64,000 bases of DNA from an uncultured delta proteobacterium (GTDB lineage: Bacteria; Myxococcota; Kuafuiibacteriia; Kuafuiibacteriales; Kuafuiibacteriaceae), in NCBI GenBank assembly GCA_963803435.1, contig CAWDML010000001.1, positions 1,024,001-1,088,000 on the forward strand. Reading direction: 5' to 3'. Every line of letters begins with the position of its first letter. Position 1 is the first letter of the stretch. The translations under genes were made by a program, and so were the position numbers. Under the pieces are notes generated by a model. The model saw only the letters and a list, made by a program, of their open reading frames with translations, did no database searches and was not told the DNA's origin. This document shows positions 10,838 to 20,147 of this stretch, piece after piece.

Positions 10838-10870
10838 CCCGACGCACATCTGGACTGTTACGGTAGGGCC

Positions 10871-12451
10871 GTGAGGGCACCGCTCCTGGTCGCCTTGTTC
10901 GTCGGCGGATGTACAGTCGAGCGGGCCGTACCGCTGGACCGCTTCGCCTGCTCGAGCGGCGGCCCGTGCGACGGATCGATCGCCCCGATCGAGGACGGGC
11001 ACCAGAAGGACGCCGACCCGGAGGATGCCACCACGCTGGACGGCTCGGATCCGGACCTCGACGCGCTCCCGGAGGACGTCTCCGACGCCGGCGAGCCGAT
11101 GGACGCGGGGCCGCCGCTGGCCGCCTGTCCCAAGATCGTTCCGCTTCCCCGGAACGGCCTGACCACCGGGGACAACACCGGAGAGCTCAACAGCTACGAG
11201 CCGACCTGCTCGCAGCTGGGTGGACCGGACGTGGTGTTCGGGTTCGACATCCCGGGTCGCCTGGTCGAGCTCCGGATCTCGACGAACGGCTCGACCTACG
11301 ACACCGTGCTCCACTTCTACCGAGACGACTGCACGGCGGCGAACGCGATCACCTGCTCGGACGACTATCAGTACGACGCGTTCGGGCTCACCTCGTTCAT
11401 TCGCCTGGAAAGCGTGGAGCCCGGCCGCTACGCGGTCATCGTCGACGCGAACGGCCCCGACAGCACCGGCTCGTACATCCTCAAGGTCGAGGGCAAGATC
11501 GCGCCCGGCGAGACCTGCGATCCGACGCAGACCTTCCTCGCCTGCGAGATCGGGACGTGCGCCACCGACGGTCAGGGCGGCTTCCGTTGCCCCGAGGTGA
11601 AGGACTGCCCGGACGGCATCGACGCCGACGATGACGGGATCGTCGACGAGGACAGCTGTACCGACCCACCGCTGGTCTCGTGCAGCCCGGCCAGCAATCC
11701 GTACGTCAACTACTCGGTCGATCTGGTGGCGACGGTCTCGGACCAGGGCGGGATCAGCTACCGGCAGTGGAAGGTGACGGAGCGTCCGGTGGGAGCGGTC
11801 TCCGACCCGTTCGAGCCGAACCGCGAGGCGACCTACATCTTCAACGACATCCAGGGGCGATACCGCGTCCGCTACCGCGCCGCGGACGACCTCCTCCAGA
11901 TCTCGGCGTGCGAGGTCACGTACACGACGATCGTCGACGACTATCTCCGCGTGGAGCTGATCTGGAACACGGACCGGCGCCTCCACGAACGATACTCGTA
12001 TCTGGACCTGCACCTGCTCCACCCGAACGCGCAGCGCTGGTTCGATCCCGCGCTGGATTGCGTCGGTGGCACCTGCAGCGCCCCGCCGCTCGATTGGGGG
12101 CAGCAAGGCAACGACATCGACGATCCGTTCCTGTTCGGCTTCGGCACCGGGCCCCAGTGGGTCACCGTCTACGAGCCGCAGCTCAACGGGACGTACGGTG
12201 TCGGGGTTGCCTATGACTGGTCCGCGTACGAGACCTCGGCCGAGGTGGTGGTCAACATTTTCTGTTACGGCGACCTCGTTCGCTCGCTCGGCCCGGTCAC
12301 GCTGACCCACGGTGATCTCCTCCTGGAGGACAACGACTTCTGGAAGGTGGCGGAGGTCGACATGAACTCCGGCGGCTGCCAGGTCACGCCGTATCAGAGC
12401 GGCGGCAACCCGCTCATCGTCACCGGCCGCGAGGCCGAGACCGCCCGCTGA
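10871..12451 (+). CDS. Cys-rich surface lipoprotein with PPC-like and Ig-like domains
   Basis: Lipobox VGG-C, acidic DAG linker, STNGSTYDTVL…CSDD…GRYAVIVD (PPC-like), CPDGIDADDDGIVDE Ca-loop, LRVELIWN…DLDLHLLHP. Confidence 0.7.
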   Translation: MRAPLLVALFVGGCTVERAVPLDRFACSSGGPCDGSIAPIEDGHQKDADPEDATTLDGSDPDLDALPEDVSDAGEPMDAGPPLAACPKIVPLPRNGLTTGDNTGELNSYEPTCSQLGGPDVVFGFDIPGRLVELRISTNGSTYDTVLHFYRDDCTAANAITCSDDYQYDAFGLTSFIRLESVEPGRYAVIVDANGPDSTGSYILKVEGKIAPGETCDPTQTFLACEIGTCATDGQGGFRCPEVKDCPDGIDADDDGIVDEDSCTDPPLVSCSPASNPYVNYSVDLVATVSDQGGISYRQWKVTERPVGAVSDPFEPNREATYIFNDIQGRYRVRYRAADDLLQISACEVTYTTIVDDYLRVELIWNTDRRLHERYSYLDLHLLHPNAQRWFDPALDCVGGTCSAPPLDWGQQGNDIDDPFLFGFGTGPQWVTVYEPQLNGTYGVGVAYDWSAYETSAEVVVNIFCYGDLVRSLGPVTLTHGDLLLEDNDFWKVAEVDMNSGGCQVTPYQSGGNPLIVTGREAETAR

Positions 12452-12546
12452 AACCTACGTCAGCACACGAGGTAGGGAGTGTGGCTCCACGCGCTCACCG
12501 CCGTCTAGGAGAGGAGCGTACGCCTCGTTACACTCGGCATGGACCG

Positions 12547-13998
12547 GTGGAAGGTCGGAGACGATGCCCCATCTGTGATCGGATCATGGACGACAAGCTC
12601 TGTCCCCATGATCAGGTCGCGACGTTGCTGCTCGACGCGCCCGGCGTCGACGTGGCCTCCGTCTACGTCGGTCAGGTCATCGCCGACCGCTACGTGATCG
12701 ATCGGAAGATCGGTAAGGGCGGCTTTGGCGCGGTCTTCGCGGCCCGTCAGACCGGTACCGGGCAAGAGGTCGCGATCAAGTGTCTCAACACTGCGGGCGG
12801 GATCGAGGATGTGACGCTCCGCAGGTTCTTCCAGGAGGCCCGTGTCACCTCCGCGCTCCGCCATCCCAACACGATCCACGTCTTCGACTTCGGTCAGGAC
12901 GATACCGGGCTGCTCTACCTCGCCATGGAGCTGCTCTCGGGAAGGACGCTGAAGGAGGAGCTGGCGCAGCGCAGGAAAGACAAGCGTGTCTTCAGCGAGG
13001 AGGAGGCCATCCACATCGGCGTGGGGATCCTTCGCAGCCTCGCCGAGGCCCACGGCGCCGGGCTGGTCCATCGTGATCTGAAGCCGGACAACGTCTTCCT
13101 GCACGAGGTCCCTGGTGAGGAGCCGATCATCAAGGTCCTCGACTTCGGGATCGTGAAGCTCGGAGACAGCACGCTCACGATGGGCAGCGACTCGGGCGTT
13201 CCAGGGACGCCGGCGTTCATGAGCCCTGAGCAGGTCACGCGCCAGCACGTCGACGGCCGGAGCGATCTCTACAGCCTGGGCTGCCTGCTCTATCAGCTGG
13301 TGTCGGGCAAGGCTCCGCTCCGCGGTCAGACGGCGATACAGACGCTGTACATGCACGTCCACGAGCAGGCCGGCGACCTGCGCCGTCGCACCAAGACGCC
13401 GCTGACCGAGCGCTTCGTCTCCGTCGTCCATCGCGCCCTCGAGAAGGATCCGAGCGACCGGTTCCCCGACGCCAAGGCGATGCGCACCGCCCTCGAGCGC
13501 TGCCTCAAGAGCGCCGCACCGGCGCCGCCCGAGCGCGACCCCACGCGGCTGGCGCGCCAACCCTCTCTCTTCACCGGTCTGGCGCCGGGATACGACGAGT
13601 CCGACGCGTCGATGCCGGACATCTCGAAGCAGTATCTGCCCCGGCCGCCGGCCCGATCGAACCGGCTAGTCTGGATGCTGGCGGCCACGATCGCGGCGAC
13701 GCTGGGGCTTCTGGCGGCGCTCCTGTTCCAGGTGGCGGAGGCGACCCCGCCGGCACCGGCGCCGGTCCGGATCGCTCCGAAGCCGCCGGTGGAGGTGGCG
13801 CCGGCGCCCACCGTGGTCGCGCCCGTCGAACCGCCGCCCGCCGTGGTGGAGCCGGTGGTCGCACCGCCGGAGCCGGTCGATCCGCCGGTCGCCCCACCGC
13901 CCCCGAAGCGGAGGACGAAGCCGAGGACGATCAGGCGCGTGCGAAAGGAGAGGCCGGTCGCGCCGCCGAAGGATGAGATCCTCGACGAGAAGATCTGA
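12547..13998 (+). CDS. Membrane Ser/Thr protein kinase with N-terminal Cys motif and Pro-rich external tail
   Basis: GKGGFGAV, VAIK, HRDLKPDN, DFG, GTPAFMSPEQ, TM LVWMLAATIAATLGLLAALLF. Start uncertain (12481 or 12547). Confidence 0.92.
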   Translation: MEGRRRCPICDRIMDDKLCPHDQVATLLLDAPGVDVASVYVGQVIADRYVIDRKIGKGGFGAVFAARQTGTGQEVAIKCLNTAGGIEDVTLRRFFQEARVTSALRHPNTIHVFDFGQDDTGLLYLAMELLSGRTLKEELAQRRKDKRVFSEEEAIHIGVGILRSLAEAHGAGLVHRDLKPDNVFLHEVPGEEPIIKVLDFGIVKLGDSTLTMGSDSGVPGTPAFMSPEQVTRQHVDGRSDLYSLGCLLYQLVSGKAPLRGQTAIQTLYMHVHEQAGDLRRRTKTPLTERFVSVVHRALEKDPSDRFPDAKAMRTALERCLKSAAPAPPERDPTRLARQPSLFTGLAPGYDESDASMPDISKQYLPRPPARSNRLVWMLAATIAATLGLLAALLFQVAEATPPAPAPVRIAPKPPVEVAPAPTVVAPVEPPPAVVEPVVAPPEPVDPPVAPPPPKRRTKPRTIRRVRKERPVAPPKDEILDEKI

Positions 13999-14758
13999 GC
14001 GCGCGATCGCGCTGCTCTGTGCGCTCCTCTTCGCGGCCCCGGTGCACGCCGCGCCGAAGACCGACACCAAGGAGGCGGTCGAGCTCTCCCGGCGCGCCAT
14101 CGCGAAGTATCGCGCCAAGCGCTACGAGGAGGCCGGCGAGCTCTTCCTTCGCTCGTATCAGCTGTCGTCCCGGCCGGCGCAGCTCCGGAACGCCGCCAAG
14201 GCCTACGAGGAGGGGGACGTCCTCGATCGCGCGCTCTCACTCTGGGAGACCTACCGCGCCCTCGGCGAGATCAGCCGCGACGAGAAGTCGGAGGCCGAGG
14301 CGCACGTGGCGTTGATCCGCGAGCGCAAGCGCAGCGAGGAGATGGCCCGCACCGCGCGCCAGGCCGCCCGCTCCGCCGAGCTCGCGCGCCGCGACGCCGA
14401 TGCTGCCCGGCGCGCCGCGGAGGCGGCTCGCGCCCCCACGGTGATCGAGACGACCCCGCCGCCTTCGCCCGCGACGCCGCCGATCGGGGGCTGGGTGCTC
14501 GTCGGCGCCGGTGCGATCATGGTCGTCACCAGCGTCGCGCTCTGGTTCGTCGCGCAGGATCAGCTCTCCGCGGTCGACGATCGTCTTGCGATGACCGACG
14601 CCGAAAACCGCATCATCGGCACCACGCCCGCCGCGCTCGCCTCGGACCTCGATCGCATCAACGGCCAGCGGATCGCATCCGGCGTGCTGCTCCCCATCGG
14701 CCTCTCCGCAGCGCTCGGCGGCACGCTCTGGCTGATCTTCGGGAGCAACCGGTTCTGA
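13973..14758 (+). CDS. Exported TPR protein with C-terminal TM helices (typical myxobacterial kinase partner)
   Basis: Signal-like N-terminus, TPR (YEEAGELFLRSYQL…QLRNAAKAYEE), two C-terminal hydrophobic helices. Start uncertain. Confidence 0.7.
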   Translation: MRSSTRRSERAIALLCALLFAAPVHAAPKTDTKEAVELSRRAIAKYRAKRYEEAGELFLRSYQLSSRPAQLRNAAKAYEEGDVLDRALSLWETYRALGEISRDEKSEAEAHVALIRERKRSEEMARTARQAARSAELARRDADAARRAAEAARAPTVIETTPPPSPATPPIGGWVLVGAGAIMVVTSVALWFVAQDQLSAVDDRLAMTDAENRIIGTTPAALASDLDRINGQRIASGVLLPIGLSAALGGTLWLIFGSNRF

Positions 14759-14810
14759 CCGGAGAACGCTTGTAAAGTTCGGGTGCCGCTGGCACCGTGC
14801 GCCGCGCGAC

Positions 14811-15827
14811 ATGTACCGAGACCGAAGCATCGCGGTCGTCGTTCCCTGCCACAACGAAGAGCGACAGATCGGTCGAGTCCTGACGACCATGCCCTCGATC
14901 GTCGACCGCGTGTATGTGGTCGACGACGGGAGCACCGATCAGACCTCCGAGGTCGCCGCTGAGCATCGCATCGAGGGTCGATCGGTCGAGATCATCCGCC
15001 ACGAGGCGGCCCGCGGCGTGGGCGGCGCCATCGCCAGCGGCTACGCGCGCGCCCTCTCCGACGGCTTCGACGTCGCGGTCGTGATGGCGGGCGACGCACA
15101 GATGGATCCGCGGGACTTCGTTCACGTGATCTATCCGGTCGCAGCCGGTCTGGCGGACTACTGCAAGGGGAACCGGTTCCTCTACCAGGGCGGTCTGGCC
15201 AAGATCCCCTTCATCCGCAAGTTCGGAAACTTCGTCCTCTCGAGCACCACGAAGCTGGTCTCCGGATACTGGCACATCTCGGACAGCCAGTGCGGATACA
15301 CCGCGATCAACCGGGCCGCGCTCCGCCGGATCGACGTCGAGGGCATCTATCCCAGCTACGGCTGTCCCAACGACATCCTGGTCAAGCTCAACATCGCGCG
15401 CATGCGCGTCGCCGAGGTTCCGGTCAATCCCGTGTACGACGGCGGTGAAGTCTCGAAGATGCGGATACCCAGGATCGTGACTCCGATCCTGATGCTCCTG
15501 ACCCGGGCGTTCTTCCGGCGGGTCTTCGTCAGCTTCGTGATCGCCGGCGGCCACCCGCTGGTGTTCGCGTACCTCTTCGCCGCGTTCTTCCTGCTCTCGG
15601 CGGTCGGCCTGGGCACGTACATCGCCGTCCAGCTGGTGCTCACCGGGTTGATCATGAAGGCCGCGTTGATCGCCGGCGGCGCCGCGTTCATCGTGGGCGT
15701 GCAGCTCCTGTTGACGGCGCTGGGGATGGACCTGGAGGCGAACCGCCACCTCAACGTGCACCTCAACGCCGAGACGCTCGACGAGCTGGGAGCGATCGCC
15801 GGAGTCGAGCACGAAGCGCAGGAGTGA
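14811..15827 (+). CDS. GT2 glycosyltransferase (polyprenol-phosphate sugar synthase type) with C-terminal TM helices
   Basis: VVVPCHNEE, VVDDGSTD, MAGDAQMDP, KGNRF, DSQCGY, two C-terminal TMs. Confidence 0.9.
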   Translation: MYRDRSIAVVVPCHNEERQIGRVLTTMPSIVDRVYVVDDGSTDQTSEVAAEHRIEGRSVEIIRHEAARGVGGAIASGYARALSDGFDVAVVMAGDAQMDPRDFVHVIYPVAAGLADYCKGNRFLYQGGLAKIPFIRKFGNFVLSSTTKLVSGYWHISDSQCGYTAINRAALRRIDVEGIYPSYGCPNDILVKLNIARMRVAEVPVNPVYDGGEVSKMRIPRIVTPILMLLTRAFFRRVFVSFVIAGGHPLVFAYLFAAFFLLSAVGLGTYIAVQLVLTGLIMKAALIAGGAAFIVGVQLLLTALGMDLEANRHLNVHLNAETLDELGAIAGVEHEAQE

Positions 15828-15834
15828 GCGCGCC

Positions 15835-16725
15835 TTGGACTCGTGCCTCGTCTGTGAGAGCCGCGCGCTCGAACGTCGCTTCGAGATTCGCGCGCGCTCG
15901 AGCCATCTGGGCGTCGCCCACGGGCCCTACACCCTGTATCGCTGCACGCGCTGCGGGTTCGAGCGGATCGCGCCGCTTCCGGACCCGGAGCTGCTCGGCC
16001 GGATCTACTCGAGCTCGTTCTTCGGGACCGCGCAGCAGCACGTCCCCATCGACGCGGGCGGGGATTTCGCGCCCGACGCGAAGCGGTGGCCGATCTACCG
16101 GAACGCCGAAGCTCGGGTGGAGGCGCTCTGCCGGCTCAAGCCCCGCGGGTCGCTCCTCGACATCGGCTGCGGCAAGGGTGTCTTCCTCAAGGTCGCCAGC
16201 CGACACTTTCGCGCGCTGGGCGTCGACCTCTCCGAGGAGGCGGCGGAGGCGGCGCGGGCGCTCGGGCTCGAGGTGCGGAGCGGAGACTTCGAGACGATGG
16301 ACCTCTTGCCGGAGCGCTTCGACGTGGTGACGCTCTGGGATGCGCTCGCGAGCATGCTCGACCCCGTCCGGGTGCTCGGCCGGGTCGAGCGCGTGCTGGC
16401 CCCTGGCGGCGTGGCGGTGCTGACGGTGCCCGACGCCGGCTCGCGGATGAGCCGGCTCCTCGGACCCCGGTGGCCGCTGATGATCCCACCGATCAACCTG
16501 AGCTTCTTCACCGAGGCCGCGTTCGCGCGTCTGGCCGCGCGGACCGGGCTCTTCCTGCGCGCCTATCGGCACGACCTCAAGTGGGTCGACGCCGGCTTCC
16601 TGGCCCTGAAGCTCGCCCGTACGCTCGGGCTGGGCACTCCCGGGGGCAGTGCTCGACGAACGATCAACATCCCCCTCAATCTCGGCGACATCGCCACGGT
16701 GATCCTTGAGAAACACGGCAGCTGA
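15835..16725 (+). CDS. Class I SAM-dependent methyltransferase with N-terminal Zn ribbon
   Basis: CLVC…CTRC, LLDIGCGKG, FDVVTLWD. Confidence 0.88.
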   Translation: MDSCLVCESRALERRFEIRARSSHLGVAHGPYTLYRCTRCGFERIAPLPDPELLGRIYSSSFFGTAQQHVPIDAGGDFAPDAKRWPIYRNAEARVEALCRLKPRGSLLDIGCGKGVFLKVASRHFRALGVDLSEEAAEAARALGLEVRSGDFETMDLLPERFDVVTLWDALASMLDPVRVLGRVERVLAPGGVAVLTVPDAGSRMSRLLGPRWPLMIPPINLSFFTEAAFARLAARTGLFLRAYRHDLKWVDAGFLALKLARTLGLGTPGGSARRTINIPLNLGDIATVILEKHGS

Positions 16726-17965
16726 GCGCGGGCCCCGGCGATATGCGATCGTCGGTGTGACCCTCACCGGTAACAAGGGCGGCACCAGCATGCTGTACGC
16801 CGCGCTCGACGAGCTCGGCGACGACGACGGCGTCGCCTTCGATCTGATCTCCGTCTATCCGGACGAGGATTCTCGAGAGAACACGATCTCGGAGCTCCGC
16901 ATCGTGTCGGCGCGCCCGCTCGTACTCCTGATGCATCTGCCGGCGGCGCTCGCGCTCTTTCCCGCGGCGCGCTTTCGGCTGGGGAGGAGGTTGCTCGGGA
17001 TCTCGCCGATCTTCCGGAGCTACCTCGCCGCCGACGTCGTCGTCGACATGTCGGGGATCGCGTTCTCCGACGGTCGCGGGCTGCCGACGCTCGCCTACAA
17101 CCTGGCGGTCTGCCTGCCGCCGGCGCTGCTCGGCCGGCCCGTGGTCAAGGTCTCACAGGCGCTCGGCCCCTTCCAGGAGCCGCTCAACCGCTTCTTCGCC
17201 GGGCTCGCGCTCCGCAGGATGGCCTTCGTGGTCGGACGGGGCCGGCGGAGCGGAGAGCACCTGGCGGAGCTCGGCGTTCGGGAGGCGAAGGTCCTCCCCG
17301 ACACCGCCTTCGCGATGAAGGTCGACCCGGGTGCCCGGAAGGAGGCGCGCGCGCTCCTCGACCGCGAGAAGCTGAACAGGCCCCTGGTCGTGGTCTGCCC
17401 CAGCCAGGTGGTCGACACCCACTGCCGGCGCAAAGGGATCGACTACGGGCGCGAGATGGCGCTCTTCGTGGCGCACCTGGTGCGAAGGGGGCGCGCGGTC
17501 GCAATCGTCGCGCACAGCACGGTCAGCGACGGCGAGCGGAACAACGACGTCTCGATCTCCCGCGCGATCGCCCGGGCGGTCGCCGAGCAAGGGCTCGAGG
17601 TCGCGGTCTTCGATCGGGACCTGGACGCGCGCGTGCTTCGCGCGATCATCGGCGAGGCCGACCTCTTCGTGGGATCCCGGTTTCACTCCATGATCTCGGC
17701 ACTGGCGACGGGGACACCGCCGCTGATCATCGGCTGGGGCCACAAGTACCGGGAGGTGCTGGAGCGCTTCGGTCTCTCCGACCTGGCGATGGACTGGTCG
17801 GAGGTCGACCATCGCGGCCTCGCAAGCGCCTTCGAGGCCCTCGAGGCCCGCGCCGCGCCGATCCGCCGGCAGATCGCGGAGGCGCTCCCCGAGGTCGTGG
17901 CCGAGGCCCGCGCCAACTTCGAGCTGGTGATGTCCGCGTGCCAGGCGCCGCCTGCCGTGGCATGA
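16706..17965 (+). CDS. Polysaccharide pyruvyl transferase family (WcaK-like)
   Basis: GNKGGTSM, SQALGPF, VGSRFHSMISAL, GWGHKY. Confidence 0.88.
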   Translation: MRNTAAERGPRRYAIVGVTLTGNKGGTSMLYAALDELGDDDGVAFDLISVYPDEDSRENTISELRIVSARPLVLLMHLPAALALFPAARFRLGRRLLGISPIFRSYLAADVVVDMSGIAFSDGRGLPTLAYNLAVCLPPALLGRPVVKVSQALGPFQEPLNRFFAGLALRRMAFVVGRGRRSGEHLAELGVREAKVLPDTAFAMKVDPGARKEARALLDREKLNRPLVVVCPSQVVDTHCRRKGIDYGREMALFVAHLVRRGRAVAIVAHSTVSDGERNNDVSISRAIARAVAEQGLEVAVFDRDLDARVLRAIIGEADLFVGSRFHSMISALATGTPPLIIGWGHKYREVLERFGLSDLAMDWSEVDHRGLASAFEALEARAAPIRRQIAEALPEVVAEARANFELVMSACQAPPAVA

Positions 17966-17972
17966 GGTCTCC

Positions 17973-19349
17973 GTGGACCGAGAGAAGCCGCGCGCCGAGC
18001 ACCTCGTCGAACGGGTGGTCGAGGACGATCTCTGCATGGGTTGCGGGATGTGCGTCGCCTCCAGCTCCAAGGCGCGCATCAAGCTGGCCTACCACGGCGA
18101 GCGCGATCAGTTCCTGCCCATCATCGAGCACCGGTCGCCCGACGCCGGCGACGATCCCGACGTGGTCTGCCCGGGTATCGACGTCGACATGAGAGCGCTG
18201 AGCGAGAAGCGGTTCGGAAAGCAGCCCGACGATCACCTCCTCGGAGTCTACGAGCAGGTCCGCGTGGCCTACGCGGCCGATCCCGGCACCCGGGAGCGCG
18301 CGGCCTCGGGCGGCATCGTCCCGGCCGTGCTGCGTCATCTCTTCGACACGAACGCGATCGATCTCGCCTACGCCCTCGTCCCCGGGAAGGGGCCCTACGA
18401 CGCCAAGGGGCGCATCCTCCGCTCGAGCGCAGACCTCGAGCAGATCCACGGCTCTTGCTACCACCCGTTCGACTTCGGCTTCGAGCTCCGCGAGCTGGTC
18501 GAGGGTGAGGGTCGCTTCGCGTTCGTGGGGCTGCCCTGTCAGATCGCCGGGCTCGAGATGATGAAGGCGAAACGTCCCGAGCTGGCGGCGCGTCACGTGC
18601 TCTCGATCGGGCTCTTCTGCGGAGGCGTGAACAAGTTCAAGGCGATGGCCTACTACCTCGAAGGTCACGGCATCCCCTGGAAGGACGTCGAGGAGATCGA
18701 GTACCGGCGCGGCACCTGGCCGGGGAAGATGCGCGTCCAGCGGAGGTCGACGGGAGAGGAGGTCTCGATCCCGCGTATCGAAGGGAACTCTCGCTGGCAG
18801 ATCCTGCGCTACACGGCCGCGTTCCAGGGCTTCTGGATGCTGAAGCGCTGCCGGATCTGTCCGGATCAGATCGCCGACTTCGCGGACATCGCGGTCGGCG
18901 ACCCGCACGTGCCCAAGTATCGCGGGCAGAAGACGCCGGGGTTCTCGCTGGTGGTGACGCGGACGCCGCGCGGCGAGGCGCTGACCCGCGCGCTGGTGGA
19001 GAACGGCCTGCTGGTCGAGGAGCCTGCGTCGCCCGACCTGATCACCGAGTCTCAAAAGTACACGCTCGACAATCGCCGTCACGCGCCCGCGTACGCGCGG
19101 GTGGCCCGGCTCCTGGGGGAGCGTGCGCCCGAGATGACGACCTACCCGGGCGTGGAGCAAGGCATCCGCTTCCGCCACTACAAGTACGCGGCCATCGATC
19201 TCCTGAAGATCCTGCTGGGACGGGGCGAGCACCTGCGGCGCCTCTACGCCTCGATGCAGGCGTTTGATTACCTGTTCCTCACCTTCTACCCTTCCCTGTT
19301 CGTGAAGCGCTTGAGGAAGCTGCTCTCGAACGACGGCGGATCACGATGA
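17973..19349 (+). CDS. F420 hydrogenase/dehydrogenase beta-subunit (FrhB/FdhB) family Fe-S protein
   Basis: CMGCGMC, AASGGIV, VGLPCQI, IGLFCGG, CRICPD…ADIAVGD. Confidence 0.88.
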   Translation: MDREKPRAEHLVERVVEDDLCMGCGMCVASSSKARIKLAYHGERDQFLPIIEHRSPDAGDDPDVVCPGIDVDMRALSEKRFGKQPDDHLLGVYEQVRVAYAADPGTRERAASGGIVPAVLRHLFDTNAIDLAYALVPGKGPYDAKGRILRSSADLEQIHGSCYHPFDFGFELRELVEGEGRFAFVGLPCQIAGLEMMKAKRPELAARHVLSIGLFCGGVNKFKAMAYYLEGHGIPWKDVEEIEYRRGTWPGKMRVQRRSTGEEVSIPRIEGNSRWQILRYTAAFQGFWMLKRCRICPDQIADFADIAVGDPHVPKYRGQKTPGFSLVVTRTPRGEALTRALVENGLLVEEPASPDLITESQKYTLDNRRHAPAYARVARLLGERAPEMTTYPGVEQGIRFRHYKYAAIDLLKILLGRGEHLRRLYASMQAFDYLFLTFYPSLFVKRLRKLLSNDGGSR

Positions 19350-20137
19350 GGGACATGACGTTCTCGAGCTACGAGACGTTGCTCGAGGCCTCGCTCCGGG
19401 CGGGGCGCACCATCGGCACGGTCGCCGATCACCTCGAGGGCAAGCTCGGCGAGTTCGCGTTGATCCTCCGCCACGATGTGGATCGGCGGGTCGAGAAGTC
19501 CCTCGCGCTGGCGAAGCGAGAGCACCGGCGTTCGATCCGCGCGTCCTACTACTTCCGCCGCCACGGCGAGCGCTCGCCCTCGGCGGCCATCCGGCGCATC
19601 GCGGGCCTCGGACACGAGGTCGGCTTCCACTACGAGAGCCTGTCGCGCGCCAAGGGGGATCGCGTCGAGGCGCTCAGGCAGTTCGAGCGCGACCTGGCGG
19701 CGATGCGGGCGCTCGCCCCGGTCCGCACCGCCTGCATGCACGGGGCACCGCTGTCGCGCTGGAACAACGGGGATCTGTTGCGCGGCCTGGACCTCGCCGC
19801 CTTCGGGCTCCTCGGGGACGCTTTCCTCTCCTTCGAGGGCCGACCGATCCTGTACCTGACCGACACCGGCGGTCGGTGGGGCGTCGGCGGAGGCGCGAAT
19901 CTGCGCGACCGGATCGAGGGGAGCGCGTCCGCCGGTCGCACCCCTCCGAGGCGCACCGCCGAGGTCGCGGCCCTGATCGAGTCCTATCCCGGAACGCTGT
20001 ATCTCTCGGTCCACCCCGAGCGCTGGGCGGACGGCCCCGTCGACCTGGCCTACTGCACACTGGTGGATGCGCTGGCCGCGAACGCGAAGCGAACGCTCCG
20101 GATCGCGCGGGCGGTTTCGGCTCGGCTCAGCCGGTGA
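19346..20137 (+). CDS. Polysaccharide deacetylase-like protein
   Basis: LRHDVD, ASYYFR, GHEVGFHYE, CMHG, YLTDTGGRW, HPERW. Confidence 0.75.
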   Translation: MRDMTFSSYETLLEASLRAGRTIGTVADHLEGKLGEFALILRHDVDRRVEKSLALAKREHRRSIRASYYFRRHGERSPSAAIRRIAGLGHEVGFHYESLSRAKGDRVEALRQFERDLAAMRALAPVRTACMHGAPLSRWNNGDLLRGLDLAAFGLLGDAFLSFEGRPILYLTDTGGRWGVGGGANLRDRIEGSASAGRTPPRRTAEVAALIESYPGTLYLSVHPERWADGPVDLAYCTLVDALAANAKRTLRIARAVSARLSR

Positions 20138-20147
20138 GGCAGGCCTG

